DNA of 63,541 nucleotides, the filler included, from Schmidtea nova (lineage: Eukaryota), in NCBI GenBank assembly GCA_044892505.1. It is 4 parts of one record of this genome, joined end to end, with 100 filler letters (N's around TTAATTAATTAA, not from the genome) between each part and the next. Parts side by side here need not be neighbours in the genome. Positions count along the whole stretch, not along the records: positions 41,343 to 60,720 come from CM097882.1; 3 more parts are not named here. The stretch is one strand, 5' to 3'. This document shows positions 44,274-57,872 of the stretch, piece by piece. The first letter of the stretch is position 1; each line of letters opens with the position of its first letter. The position numbers and the translations under genes are program-made. The notes under the pieces are model-generated. The model saw only the letters and a list, made by a program, of their open reading frames with translations. It had not been told where the DNA came from and searched no databases.

Positions 44274-45553
44274 TTGGGTTGTTCGGAAAGTCATTTAGTT
44301 TTTTTCCCAGCAGAGGACCAATTGTATTTTCATTATAATCATTATAATCAATTGTATAATCATTATATATTTTGACAACTGATATAGTAAGTTTTGTTTG
44401 TTAAAAAATTTGTTTGATTCTTTGCAATAGTTTTTTTTGGCGCCCCATGAAAGATGGAAATTTGAAAGCAGCATTTTCGGCATATTTTACTCTTTTACTA
44501 TTGCAAAGGTAAAAATGAAGTTTAACCAAGGCGAGAACCATGTGATGTGTATGGAGAATATGTATTGACCGAACGACAATGCCAAAATTCTTTTGCAAAT
44601 TTCGTTCCGGCAATTTCAAAGTTGAAGACGCACCACGTTCTAGAAGGCCCGCTGAATCTGATGAAGACAAAATAAAGGCAATAATAAATGCAAACCGCCG
44701 AATAACAACTCGTGAGATTGCTGAGAGGTTAAATTTGTCGAATTTGACTGTTCATGAACACGTGAAACGTCTTGGTTTAATTTCAAAGCTTGACATATGG
44801 GTTCCACATGTTCTTACAGAACGAAATTTGCTTCGTCGCATCAGCAACTGTGATTTGCTTCTCAAACGACAAAAAAAATCCATTTTTGAAGCGAATCATT
44901 ACTGGCGACGAGAAATGGGTTGTTTACAAAAATATTAAGGGCAAGAGATTATGGAGTAAAAAAGGATGAACCAGCCCAATCCCCTTCGAAGGCCGATATT
45001 CACTAAAAAAGATTATGCTATCTGTTTGGTGGGATTTTAAGGGGATCGTTTTTATTGAGCTTCTACCGGGTAATACCACGATAATTTTGAAGTGAACTGT
45101 TATCAACTGGATAAACTAAATGATTCGCTCAAACAGAAAAGGCCAGAATTGATGAATAGAAAAAGTAGAGTGTTCCACCACGATAATGCGAGACCTCATT
45201 ACAAATTTGGTAACTCGCCAAAAGCTTTTACAGCTTGAATGGGATGTACTACCACACATACTATATTCTCCAGATTTGGCACCTTCGGATTGTTACTTGT
45301 TCCAGTCTCTGCAAATCATTTTGGACGGGAAGACCTTCACTTCAAATCAAGACGTCAAATATCAGTTGGACCAGTTTTTTGCCAGCAAAAATCAGATGTT
45401 TTATGAGCGTGGAATCAATCTTCTGCCCGAAAGATGGCAAAAGGTATTGGACCAAAATGGAGAATATATAATTTAATAAAATGTTTATAAACTCTAAAAA
45501 AAATCGTGTTTTATTTTCACCAAAAAAACGAAATGACCTTCCGAACAACCTGA
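44274..45553 (+). mobile_element. Full-length (1280 bp) mariner with a frameshifted DD34D transposase
   Basis: TIR ttgggttgttcggaaagtcattt / aaatgaccttccgaacaacctga, TA TSD; WVPHVLT, TGDEKW, HHDNARPH, YSPDLAPSD. Confidence 0.92.
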
Positions 45554-46557
45554 TAGAATTCAAGCGAAATTTTCAATGACTTTATTTTGTTACCCATTAA
45601 GATTTGCAATTCTCTAAATACAATTCTACAACATTCTCAGATATTTATTTTAATTACAATTTTTTCCAAACTAGGACTTTAGGTTGGTTGGGTAGAGCTG
45701 AATAAAAATCGTGTAAAAACAATTTGTTTTTTATCCCAATTAGCGTAACTCCGAATTTGCTTAAAAAGAGGTTTAGATGTATACTAATTTATAATAAAAG
45801 TGAAATGTTCATCACAAAAGTATAAAATATAATGTAAATTTATTATTATCATTAATCAAAGATGATATATTCAATGGTTCAAGCATAGTTGTCTGATTTT
45901 AAAATGCTGTCTTGAAAAAAACGGTTAAGAGACTCTTATGACTTCCTTATTTCCACAAAAAACTTAATCTTTCACCTGATCCGACGAAAAAAAGAAAGCA
46001 AAAAAATGAATTTGTATTCGCCTAATGTGAAAGATCAGAACGAACGTAAATTTGAAATAATAATAAAAGGTTAATCACTATTAAATACTGAAAGGAATCG
46101 ACTGCTCGACTGAACTACTGAAGACGTTGAACTTGAAAATGAAAAACCTAGATGATACACAATTCAGTCTTACCTGTGAAGAGGGGTGCTAGATATAAAT
46201 AATAAAAAACAAAGTTTTCAACATATAAATCTTTCGTATTCAGGATAATGGGACAATGACAGCTAGAAAGTTATATGATTTACGACATAGAATTTTTGTT
46301 ATTAGATTGGAAATTAATTGTGTTACATGAGAATCTTCCACTCTAACCTGGATATCTGGCAACTGCGAATATGTACTAAAATTATCGTAAATGAATGGAT
46401 CAAGTGTTGAGTATTTATTAATTAGGTTGTCTGTTTATATGACTCCTTGGTGTTCTTAAGATTGATTCACAAAATAACCAAACACAGAAATATTTATTCG
46501 AAATCAGTATTTACACAAATCATTGATACAATTTCTGACAATAACAAGTCTCTATAC

Positions 46558-49440
46558 CATGGGTGGGCAAGTGCGGCCTTAAAGGCCGCATGCGGCCTAA
46601 AAAAAAAATTTGCGGCCTTCAGAACGATTAGAAATGTATAATGTTTGCGGCCTTCAAATCCTTTATAAGGGATTTCGTATATTATCGTTAATTAAAATCG
46701 TTCATTAAACTTTTATCAGTTGGTCATCTCATTCATTTCAAAGTTATCACCATTCAATAGTAGCCTACACGCCTTCAAAGACAATATATTCTTTGCTATC
46801 ATAACGAATTGGTCTCTGTAACACTCATAAGAAATTGTGGGTATAAATTACATTACATTCGTGAGCAAGAAGAATTAGTTGTTTGCCATATAAAGAGTCA
46901 TTGACAAAAGCAGTTGGGCTAGTCAATAAGGAAAGGCAATACCCGTACACACATATACTAGTGTGGTTAAATATCTATACGTGGGTGTGAAAACAGGAGA
47001 GTGTGAAGTATTGTTATTCGTTGTCAGATTGCGTGGTAGCTTATCTATTATTGGTTAACACTCAGTCGCGTGATAACAGCTGCCATTTTTCATTTCAAAT
47101 CATTATTTGTTGAGTGAAGCTGCCGAGCATACGTAAGTTCTATTGAGACGTATTTTCTTGTCTATTGGGATTACAGCGTTCTATCATAATGACAGGCAGA
47201 TCATGCTTGCTATTGACTTCTCATGTACTCTTATTCAGTATAATCAATTGATTAACAAATAATTAATTGAGTATTGACAATTTGTTATATTCCTTCTTTG
47301 CAGCTCATCATCCTTTGTTCTTTCCATGCCGAAACCACCTCTATGTAAGAAATCCAGAACATTGGAGAGTGAGAATCGACAATTCAGTGAAGAATGGAAG
47401 TTGGATTTCTACATGTCTAACAATGACAGCACAATGATGTGTCTGAGATGCAAACAACAAATAAAAACATTGAAACGATCTAATGCGAAACAACATTATG
47501 AGAGCTGCAAGTCGTATATGAAGTACATGACACTAGAAGGTGAGGCAGTGGTTGCTATTGTATGGGCATAAATAACTTGTAAATGTTTTATATTTTTCCG
47601 CACAAAGGTGAAGCAAGGAAGCAAGCCTACGATGCACTGAATAGTAATCATGCAAAAGAAGCGGGATTGTTTTCCACGTTCAAGTCAAGTGGTCACAATC
47701 CAGCGGTGGAGGCAACTTACCGTGTTGCATTCCAACTTGGTGCTGCAGGGAAGCCTTATTCTGATGTGGAATTATTTAAAACATGTCTTCTGGAAGTGGT
47801 GCAGTGCCTTGAACCATTTCAAATTCAAAAGTACAAGGAATTGCCTTTGTCTCGACGGACGATAGTAAGACGTCAAGAAGAGCTAGCAGTTGATATTAGA
47901 CGACAACTTGATGAGGTCTGTAAACAACCAGATGTACTGTTCTCTATGGCACTCGACGAATCGTGTGATGCTTCCGACACCTCACAATTACTTATCTATA
48001 TCCGTGCTACAACGTCGTCATTCCAAGTCCATGAAGAATTATTGGCTGTGATTAGTATGAAGTCAACCACACGTGCACCTGACATTCTTGCCCAATTCAA
48101 TAAAGTATGCGAAGAAAAACAATTGGACCTGGCCAAGCTGGTTTCCGTGTGCACTGATGGCGCACCCGCTATGATTGGCAGCACTGGAGGATTTGTCGCA
48201 CTTCTGACAAAGCAGCTACGATCTCAATGGCCACATTTACCAACCTTAATGTCACTACATTGCATCATTCATCAAGAGGCGCTGTGTGCAAAGTCTGTAA
48301 CATTAGACAATATTATGGAGGAAACAATCTCTATTGTGAATTTCATACGTTCCCGTGCACTTAACCACAGACAATTCCGGCAGCTACTTGTGGATGATAA
48401 TTCTACTGATAAGGAAGATGTTCTCTACTATTCGAATGTTCGTTGGTTATCCAAGGGAGCTGTCATCAAGAGAGTCTATGAACTGCAAAACAATATAAAG
48501 GAATTCTACTCTTCGAAAGGCTTGGAATGTAAGTTGAATAATCCTTCCTTCTGTCAGAAGCTTGCGTTCCTTGCAGATCTTCTGGATCATTTGAATGGCT
48601 TGAACACTCAACTTCAAGGTAAAGGCCAAAATGTTTGTGACCTGTGGCGATTCATCAAAGTGTTCCTGCGTAAATTGAAACTCTTCCATGCAAAGTTTAC
48701 CCAGAAACAACTGACAGAACACTTTCCCCTACTTCGGGATTTCGCCATCGCCCATCCCACAGAAGAGGTGACCTACGAGGAGTTCACTGATGTTTTCAGT
48801 ACACTAATTCAAGAGTTTGAAATGCGATTTCATGACTTTCGAAACCATGAAAATGACTTGCGCCTCGTGTCTGAGCCGCACTTGTTACAGCCAGAAACAG
48901 TGTCTGAGATGTATCAAATGGAGATTTTGGAACTGTGTGAGGATGCAAATTCTCGAAGCGTTCTGTCTCGTGCACCTGTCGATTTGGTTTCATTCTGGCA
49001 TGGTGCCTTTCAGTATCCAAATCTACGCAATCATGCTCGCCGAATTTTGACCTGTTTTGGCAGTACATATATATGTGAAAGCACATTTTCACACATGAAT
49101 TACATTAAAAATTGTCATCGTATTGCTCTCACTGACGGTCATTTAGAGGACCAGGTGCTCTTAAAGACTACCAGCTTCGTACCATGTTATTATGCTCTCT
49201 CCACTAACATACAAGCTCACAAGAGCCATTAATGTACATTTTCAGTATCCATTTGGTCTGTTTTCTCTCCTATCACAGAATAATTCTGACTTGTTTTGAT
49301 GTGTTATTGTAGGCAGTTGTTGAATTTCCTTGCGATATGAATAACAAACTAAAAAGTACATTATACAATTGTTTTGCGGCCTTGGAAGTTTTTAATGAAC
49401 GTAAATTGGCCTTCAGGTGTAAAAAGTTTGCCCACCCCTG
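46558..49440 (+). mobile_element. Autonomous-looking Buster-type hAT transposon
   Basis: TIR catgggtgggcaa / ttgcccacccctg; perfect TSD ctcTAtac at 46550-46557 and 49441-49448. Confidence 0.95.
47326..49232 (+). CDS. hAT transposase (SPIN/GTF2IRD2-like), join(47326-47539,47608-49232), 612 aa
   Basis: BED-like CLRC, ALDES, CTDGAPAM, HCIIH, VRWLS, YICESTFS; in-frame 68-nt intron. Confidence 0.9.
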
Positions 49441-51223
49441 CTCTATACTAATAATTCACAATAACTTTTTAACTGCTTTTATAATTTAGCGCAGGAATAC
49501 GTCTCCCAAAAGAAGGTCTCCGTTTCTGGTACACTGTGAAGAATAAATTCTAACTCATTTAACTTTTACTTTTTAACTTGTTTAACTTTCCTTTTCACTC
49601 GTTTAATTTTGTATTCTCTTTTATAATTTTTTGCTTACCGTTTTGTCTTCGACCACTATGGCAAATTCTGGGATTTTCTTCTAATGTATATACCGCTCGT
49701 TTTATTTAGTTTTCTCTACCAAGCTGTCTGGTGGTATCTCCCAATTGACATTCCTTAATTAATTTAATTAAAAATAACACATCAATTATCTCTTTACTAA
49801 TTATGCTCCTCGGGTTTCCTTTTGATATCAATTTTCTCAGCGCTAATTATCTCGTCTGGACTTCCCACACTACGCGGATTATTCATTGGCTCGGGTTTCT
49901 CATTAGCCAATTAATTTATTTATTAAATTTTAATTCTTTTCCTCTGGGGACCCCCAATTAATTTTTTTACCATTTTTGGATTCGTCTCCCAATTCGGCTT
50001 ACACCCATACCAATTTCCCCCGCTAAATCTTTATTTTTAAATTTTCTAAATTTTTATTTAATTTCCACGATTTAATTATTACTTTTAATCTTTTATATTT
50101 TTATTGATTTTTTACTAAGGTTTTATGGCTTTTATTTTTCTATTTTTCTAATTTTATTAAACACTAACAAAATGCTTTTCATATTTGGTTGACATTTTTA
50201 AGTTTCTGAATAAATTGAATTTGTAGATACAAAAACGAATACAAATATCATCAAATTCCTTGATTCCTGTCTCTACCAAACAGGGAAACTTGAAGACAAA
50301 TGTTACAATGTCAATAATTTTTGTGTTAATGGCGCAAAACCAAGAATGAAATTTTGAAGCTTTTGACAGCATTGAAGATAAATTGAGCCAACATTTTCCT
50401 CAACTCGGAGATGAATGGGATTTAATGCAAAAACCATTTAATTTGTTAAGTGAAAATAATGTAGGGGTTTTTTAATGAATTTAAGTCAGATGTCTGTAAA
50501 GTTTGGACTCCTGTGTTCTTTTTAATAATAACACAACCCAACAAATTAATAATTTTCATGTGAAAATATCACAGAACATTTACAGAACTGTTTAAAATAC
50601 TAAAAAGAATGTATTATTCCATAATTATTCTTTTTGATTTAATTAAAGAATTTCTCAAGTAAATATCTTGCAACAGCTCACCATTACAATTTCTCCCTCA
50701 ATCAGTTCGTTTAATTACAAGCATTTCTCATTATTCATCACAGGGGTTTTTTTATCTTATCTAGAGTTTTCTACGGGAATCCTTTTTGATTTTGAAACTC
50801 AATTCTCTTAATTCCCGTGCGTGACACTTTATCTTATGATTGTCAAACTGATTTTTTCTTTTTCTCTTTCACAATGATTGGTGGGTTAATTTAATTAGAA
50901 TTAATTATTTAATTAGTTTTTTTACATTTATTCATTTAGGGACTCCAATTCAATTTAATAATATTTTATGTTCATCTATATTTTCAAATGAAATCTGTTT
51001 CTACTTTCTCCGCATAACTATGTTGATTTTCAGTCTGAAACTCAAATAATTAAAATTGATAACTTTTGATTAATTATTGGTACCTTATATGTTATCCATA
51101 AATTCTGATTAATTTACATAATTTTATTAAGCCAAACATTTTATACAACATTTTATTTCTTCATTTAAAATATAATATAATTTTTAATAAAAATGTAATT
51201 TTTTGATATTTTTGTCCATTTAG

Positions 51224-54200
51224 GAGCTCCTCGGGTGCCTCAACTGACAGCATTGGCTTGGAAATATTCAATTCAAATGTGTACGCATTTGGAAAACTGT
51301 TGAATAAAGATTTTAAAATTAAACTTAACCCAGATAACATTATTGTATCAAACGGAAAATTTTATAAAGTTTCCATTCAAATACTATCTACAAATTACCT
51401 AGTAGTAAGTGTTTTCTTTTTATTTCTGTGTATTTCCCTGTCCCTTATTGTTCTTGAAGGGAAATGTCACAATTTTCATAAATAGTCTTTATTTAAATAT
51501 CAGATATCTAGTAACGTTTAGTGTCAAAAATAAAAGGTAAATTCCAGTTGAAATATGTTTAATTATATAATAAATTATTTATATGTAAATGCAATGGCAT
51601 CATGTACCATATATGTCTGGAAATAAGACAGCCCTAATTATATGATGTTCTCCAATTTTTATTGAAAAAAATCAGAAAAAAACATTTTTAAGACCTCTAT
51701 TATAAGATTATAATTTATTCAAAATCTAAGGATACAATTTATAAGACGATCTTCAATTTTTAATCAATTTTTGTCTTATATTCAGGTCAAAACCGTATTT
51801 CAACATGTATACAATAAAGGTTAAAAATATTCAAATGATAATTTCACTCAACATTTATAAGTCAATTGTCATTAGTTTAATGAATAATGTTTTCATTTAT
51901 TACATTTAGACGATAATGTTGATAAAAAAATTTTTATTTATCCTTTTTAATGTGCTTTCTTTAAATAGAATGAATCCATAAAAATGATTAACTTCTCAAA
52001 AAAAATAATCAGGTAGCTGTGGTGCTAAAGAAAATGAAACAAAAATTGTTATAAATTTTACTTATTTAGTTTTACAATAATTCTCCCTTTTTAAATCAGT
52101 GTTTCAAAAACTTTTTCATACCGCAACGTCCGAATCGCCGGAAAAATTAGACGTACGTGACATGAACCACCGCAAATAATGACCCATTCATTTTCAGCGA
52201 AAACATCCTGAATACAGGTTTTCATTTTTTTATAATGTTCAAAAATTTTTATTCCAATATCAAAAACTTCATAAATTACTAGCAAATTTTCTTTCAAAAT
52301 TCCAAAACGTTTTGAGGTCTCTGTGGGCGTTCAAAATGATATGAGTAGAATTGTTTTAAAAACAACTGTTTTTAAAATATTTTTAATATTAATTTAAAGC
52401 AAATATAATTTAAATTAAATCCAATTTTCTTTTTATTATAGTTAAAATTTGATGATGTGGAAATCAATGAAAAAATTCCAACTCCTGGAAAATTAGAATT
52501 TGATAGTTACACTTACATTGGAGGAGTGGATACTATTACTCGGTTGCCATGGAAAGCATTTTCCCAAACAGGATTTACAGGATGTATCAATTACATAAGG
52601 GTAAATGGAGAAAAGTTCCTCGACACAAAACAGTAAATTTTAATTTAAATTAACATTTCGACAATTATGAATGATATGAAATTCCCACTGTCACTAAGCT
52701 GCATTTTTAGTATTATTAATTTAATTGTAAATAAGCTTAAAATCGAATATTGCATAATATCAGTATATTATCATAATTATCTTTTGGTTTCACCTTTAAT
52801 ATATTTTTACTTATATCAATAATTTTCATATTTGTATGACTATAGATCAAAAAAAAATTTTGGGTTTTTTTGTTGTTAAGTACACAATATTTTGGCACAG
52901 ACTTTATCAAGTGTGTATATACATCTCTTAAATACACATTTAATATAGACTGTGCCGAAATATTGTATACTTAACAGCCAAAAAACCCAAAAAAATAATT
53001 TTGATTTATAGTGATGCAATTATGAATATTATTGATATAAATATATTATTTTTAATTTTTGTACAATTTTTACTTTAAATTCTTTAGTTATCGTATTTAG
53101 CTTAAACTTTACACAAACAATATAATTATAACTTCATATTTTTTTAAATTGGGAATCCCAAATCATTGACCATTCTAATTAATTGAGTATATTTGAGCAT
53201 TCTAAGAAATGATTTTAAATATGCGGAAAGGGATATCTTGAGATGTATAAAGCAAATAAATGTGAAATCAAGGAGAATCAACAAATGATTAATTTCTGGG
53301 AAATGAAAGGGAGATAAAAGTAACAATAATTATAATGGATTCAATAGATTCAATGTTCTTAAGAGCGCAGAAACCAGAAAATGCTTGAAAATATAAAATC
53401 GTTAATTAGTTAATTAATTTATTAAAAAACTACTATGTGAGTAAGTAACACAAATTTTCAACAAAATGGATTTGGTACGACTATTATCATGTCAACATGA
53501 CTAATGGTAGTTAAAAGTGAGAAATATTAGTGAGTAATGAAACTCAAACCAAATCATTAATCATTTTTCTTATTTTTGATGACAGCCAGAGAAATTGTGT
53601 TAATAGAAAGTTAGAACGTTAGATGAAAGTCATTAATTAATCGATTTCAAGAAGTATAAAAAGTAGAATCAAACTTTCGAAATTCGGAATTTTGTCTCCG
53701 TAGCGAAAGAAGAAAGCGAGAGTGTTACGTGAAATTATTTAATTGAAACGGAATTTGTAAGAAAATAAAGAAAATTAAAGGAATAAAGGAATTATTCAAA
53801 TTGAATCAAAAGATAACTAAAATATTTAAAAGATGATTATTGTTTTACATTCTGCAGAGTCTTTAGATTCCATAGCCGAGCCAGTCAAAGAGTTGAATAG
53901 TTCATTTTTGAAATGTGACAAGTGCGGTGTACGTTTTATCTATTATTTAAAATAGTAATTGGAAATCAAATTACGTTGGGAGTGTAATTAATTATTGAAT
54001 TGAAGGAACATAATGAGTCAGGCGCTAACTAATTTCTGATATTTAATTATTAAAATAGTATTAGCCGGAAAACGTAACAGGTGAGGCTTCAGTTGTCATT
54101 CTTTAGTTTCATCAGCATAAAAACATTTGGATTTATACTCGTATATATATTTTATTATTGAGACAAAATATTTAAAAAACGATTAAAATTTTATTTGTTA

Positions 54201-57200
54201 AATTTCAAGATTTTAAAAAATTAAATTATTTCAAGAATTAAAAAAATCATAATTATCATTTGGTTTCACCTTTGATCTCTTTTTATTTTTATCGATAATG
54301 TTCATAATTGTATGACTATGTATCTTTTGGTTGTTAAGTACACGATATTTCGGCACAACTTTTGAAATACACATTTGATAAAGGCTGTGCCAAAATATCA
54401 TGTACTTAACAACCAAAAAACCCAAAAAAAACTTTGATTTATAGTCATACAATTATGGAACTTATTGATGTAATTAAAAAAATATTTTTAAAAAATTTCG
54501 AGTTATCTTAGTCTTTTATTTCTAAATAAGTGGCTGTTAATCAACTAATAAACAAAAGGCACGCAAATAGTTTTGCATATTTCAAAAAAAATTCACAGAA
54601 AAAAATTCCCTTATTTTAGACAAATTAAGTTACATCCGCTGTTCTAATAAAATGTCGAATTTTGATCAAAAATATTGGTGGATTGAAAGGAAGAAGTTCA
54701 AAATCAAGGCAACTGACATTTAACCAGTTTAAAGNNNNNNNNNNNNNNNNNNNNNNNNNNNNNNNNNNNNNNNNNNNNNNNNNNNNNNNNNNNNNNNNNN
54801 NNNNNNNNNNNNNNNNNNNNNNNNNNNNNNNNNNNNNNNNNNNNNNNNNNNNNNNNNNNNNNNNNNNNNNNNNNNNNNNNNNNNNNNNNNNNNNNNNNNN
54901 NNNNNNNNNNNNNNNNNNNNNNNNNNNNNNNNNNNNNNNNNNNNNNNNNNNNNNNNNNNNNNNNNNNNNNNNNNNNNNNNNNNNNNNNNNNNNNNNNNNN
55001 NNNNNNNNNNNNNNNNNNNNNNNNNNNNNNNNAGATATAGTTAAAAAGAGAAAACAAACTAATTAAAAATTAATTAATCAGTAATGGAAAGTCCGAGTCA
55101 ATTGGATGCTCGGGTCAATAAGAAACCTGAGCGATGAGGAAAACTTGGAGCGCATTGGAGACTCGACGGATCAAAATTTGGGTAATTATTAAAGATAAAA
55201 CCCAACTGGGTGCTAGTAAAGGATGGACAATTTAATTTATAATTATCCAAATTAGGCCCAAAGATTTTCAGCAATAATTAATCAACCATCTTCTCGATAA
55301 TGATATAAAAAAGATTGTTTGAAGAAATTTAACTTAAAATTATTATTGACGCGGATTGAAAAGAATCGTAAAAAAACTTAAAGAGGTAAAAAAGGAAACC
55401 ACTGAAATAAATTCTTAACTCAATTAGACGTACCGGAAAAGGTGATTACCCCTTGGGTTACCTGCCTTACATTAAACAAAGTTATTACCGAAAAAAAGTG
55501 CAAATTATTTACAAAGTGTAATTTGTTATATCAGTGAAAATATACTGTTCTGTGTTGGGAGTTATTGACTTTCGATAAATAATAGGAGACGATGAGTCAG
55601 AAATTGCACCGGTCTAGTGTTTAAATAAAGTAACCCAACAAGTGTATTGAATCTTGGATTTTTTTTAATTTTTCGTATTATAATTCTCACAACATACAGC
55701 TTCACAGAGTAAAATTGATGAATTGGTTGAATAAGTGAAAAATGCATTTGAAGCTTTTTACCTTCAAACCCTTGAAAATGTTTTTCTAACATTTCAAACT
55801 TGTCTAGAAGCAACTCTGTTAGCAAAAAGAAGAAATTCTTATAAGATTCCACACATCAATAAGGCAAAACTTCATATAAAGGATGATTGTAAATGTTGGG
55901 GTTAGTATAAAAGTAAAATCAAAAAAAATATCAAAATTTATCAAAATTTATCAAAATTTATCAAAAATTAAAAATTAATATTCATTTAGGGAAATGGGTA
56001 TGATTGAACGCCAAATCAAAAGACGAATTCAATAATAGTAATAAAAATTGAGTGAGGGGTAATCAGAGAAAATTAAACTGAAAAAAACAAAATAATTAAA
56101 ATTAGTTAATCGCTCAATAGGAAGCCCGAGCCCATGGGAAAACCCGAGCGATGAGGAAAACCCGAACTGCAAGAAGATCAGAGATATCAAAGGTGGGTGA
56201 TTGCGCGAAGCAATTAGGGATAAAATCCACCTGCGTGTTAGTGAGGGATAGACAATTTCAATTGTTATTGCCCCAATTAGACCCAAAGGATTGCAGCGAT
56301 AATAACCCAGCTTTAGATAATTATTGCCTCGATTATAGTGTAAAAAGAGAACAGAAAAGACGCAAGTAGGTCGAAAAGAATAAAATTTTAAAAAACTAAA
56401 TTGCGGAGTTCCGAGGAAGCTAATGAAGAAAGTAAGAAACGATTTTAATAAACTTATTCAAATAAAACGTATCATAAAAGGCATGAACGTTGAGTCGAAT
56501 CAGATTTCGAGAGAAAGTTCAAATTATTGGAAAATTGTAAATTGTTTGTATCAAAGACGAATTTTATTGTGTGGTGACTATCAAATAAAATATTGTGTTG
56601 GGTTTTATTGATTTTCAACAGAAAAAAGGACACGATGAGTTATATATTTGAACCGATCTTAAAACAAATTAAAATAACCCAACACAAACATCATGTTCTT
56701 TAGAAGCAGAGGAGATGGTCACGTCATTGTTAAATTAAAACATTTTGTATTATTCTTCGTTTTACTAGATATTGGTAACTATTTCATAAATAAAATCATT
56801 CTAATTAATAAAAATCAAAATGTATATCATATTTTCGAACGAAGGGAGTAAAAAATTAGAACGCATTTGAAATTTTAGTTTAATGCTAAATTTGCATGAA
56901 ATTGCTATTTGAATTACTTAAAAATTTTTCAATAAGAACAGATTTTAATTTTTACAAGTTTTCGTTGAAAAAAATTTTGGAATTTATATTCCTATTTAGT
57001 TGATATGGAGCCAGGTGAGTTGAACATGAACAGCATTACTTACAAATTATATTCCTGCTCCTTTTATTTTATGTCAACATTCTAGCAAGATATGAGAATA
57101 TTATTAAATAAATCTTTTGTTCAACCTTTTTTGTGCATATGGAAAATTTTATAATTAAACTATTTACAGGCAACTTTTTTCAAAGATCTTTTCAATATTA

Positions 57201-57509
57201 GGTATTAAATAATAATTTAATAATATTTAAATAATATTTAAAATTAATAAATAAATATATAAAAAAGTCATGAATCTGGCTATATTTTAAGACATTCAAA
57301 ACAGGCTGAAATGCAAGGAGTTAAAACTGGTGTTTGCCAAACATCAACTGCCCGTTGCCTGCCTGGAATATGTGGTCCTGGAAAATGCTTCGAAAGAAGT
57401 TACAATTTGCTTGATCAAACAAAAAATTTCTATTGTGATTGCTCTGGAACATTCAAATCATATGCTTATTCTGCGGTAGATGTTCTTAGAGGAGAACCTT
57501 GTTTAGTTG
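51224..57509 (+). CDS. Host gene exons encoding Laminin-G + EGF (cadherin/neurexin/Crumbs-like): 51224-51404, 52442-52632, 57292-57509
   Basis: IGLEI...VSNGKFYKV; YIGG...GFTGCI..IRVNG; GVC..C..CGPGKC..FYCDC..GEPC. Junction phases are compatible (0, then 2). Confidence 0.7.
52770..53042. mobile_element. Palindromic MITE, copy 2
   Basis: Same arms as 43986-44262. Confidence 0.7.
54243..54470. mobile_element. Palindromic MITE, copy 3
   Basis: Same arms as 43986-44262. Confidence 0.7.
55060..56700. repeat. Two diverged direct repeats of about 600 bp (solo-LTR-like family); related inverted copy near 49800-50000
   Basis: Shared gaaacc(t/c)gagcgatgaggaaaac and gacgatgagt...aacccaaca blocks. Confidence 0.45.
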
Positions 57510-57615
57510 GTAAATTTTGATAATATCTTCCTTAAATTAAAAATCGCTGAACTTAGGATTTATTTTTTAAAGATTTATGCAATTCAGGAATTACATATTA
57601 ATATCACCGTGTAAC

Positions 57616-57872
57616 CAGGGGTGGGCTGGAGCCGGCTTGGTCCGGCTCGCGTGAGCCGGTTGTTAAAATTTTTTAAACTCGGCGAGCCGCTTTTTAAATT
57701 AGTAATTTAAAAGAAAAAACGGTAAATGAGTACATTGTCTTCATTTATTTTTGTATATATATATATATATATAATACTGTATAAAAATCAATGAAGACAA
57801 TGTACTCATTTACCGTTTTTTTCTTTGAAATAATAGCGAGCCGGTTGTTCAAAATTTGGCAGCCCACCCTTG
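57616..57872. mobile_element. hAT MITE with TIRs like those of the Buster element
   Basis: caggggtgggctg / cagcccacccttg; flanks cgtgtaac / cttataac (6/8); internal 30-bp inverted repeat. Confidence 0.75.

Noticed and set aside
50215-50460. Additional upstream exon(s) of the LamG-EGF gene
   Set aside because: Cys-containing frame present, but no consistent donor or phase could be established
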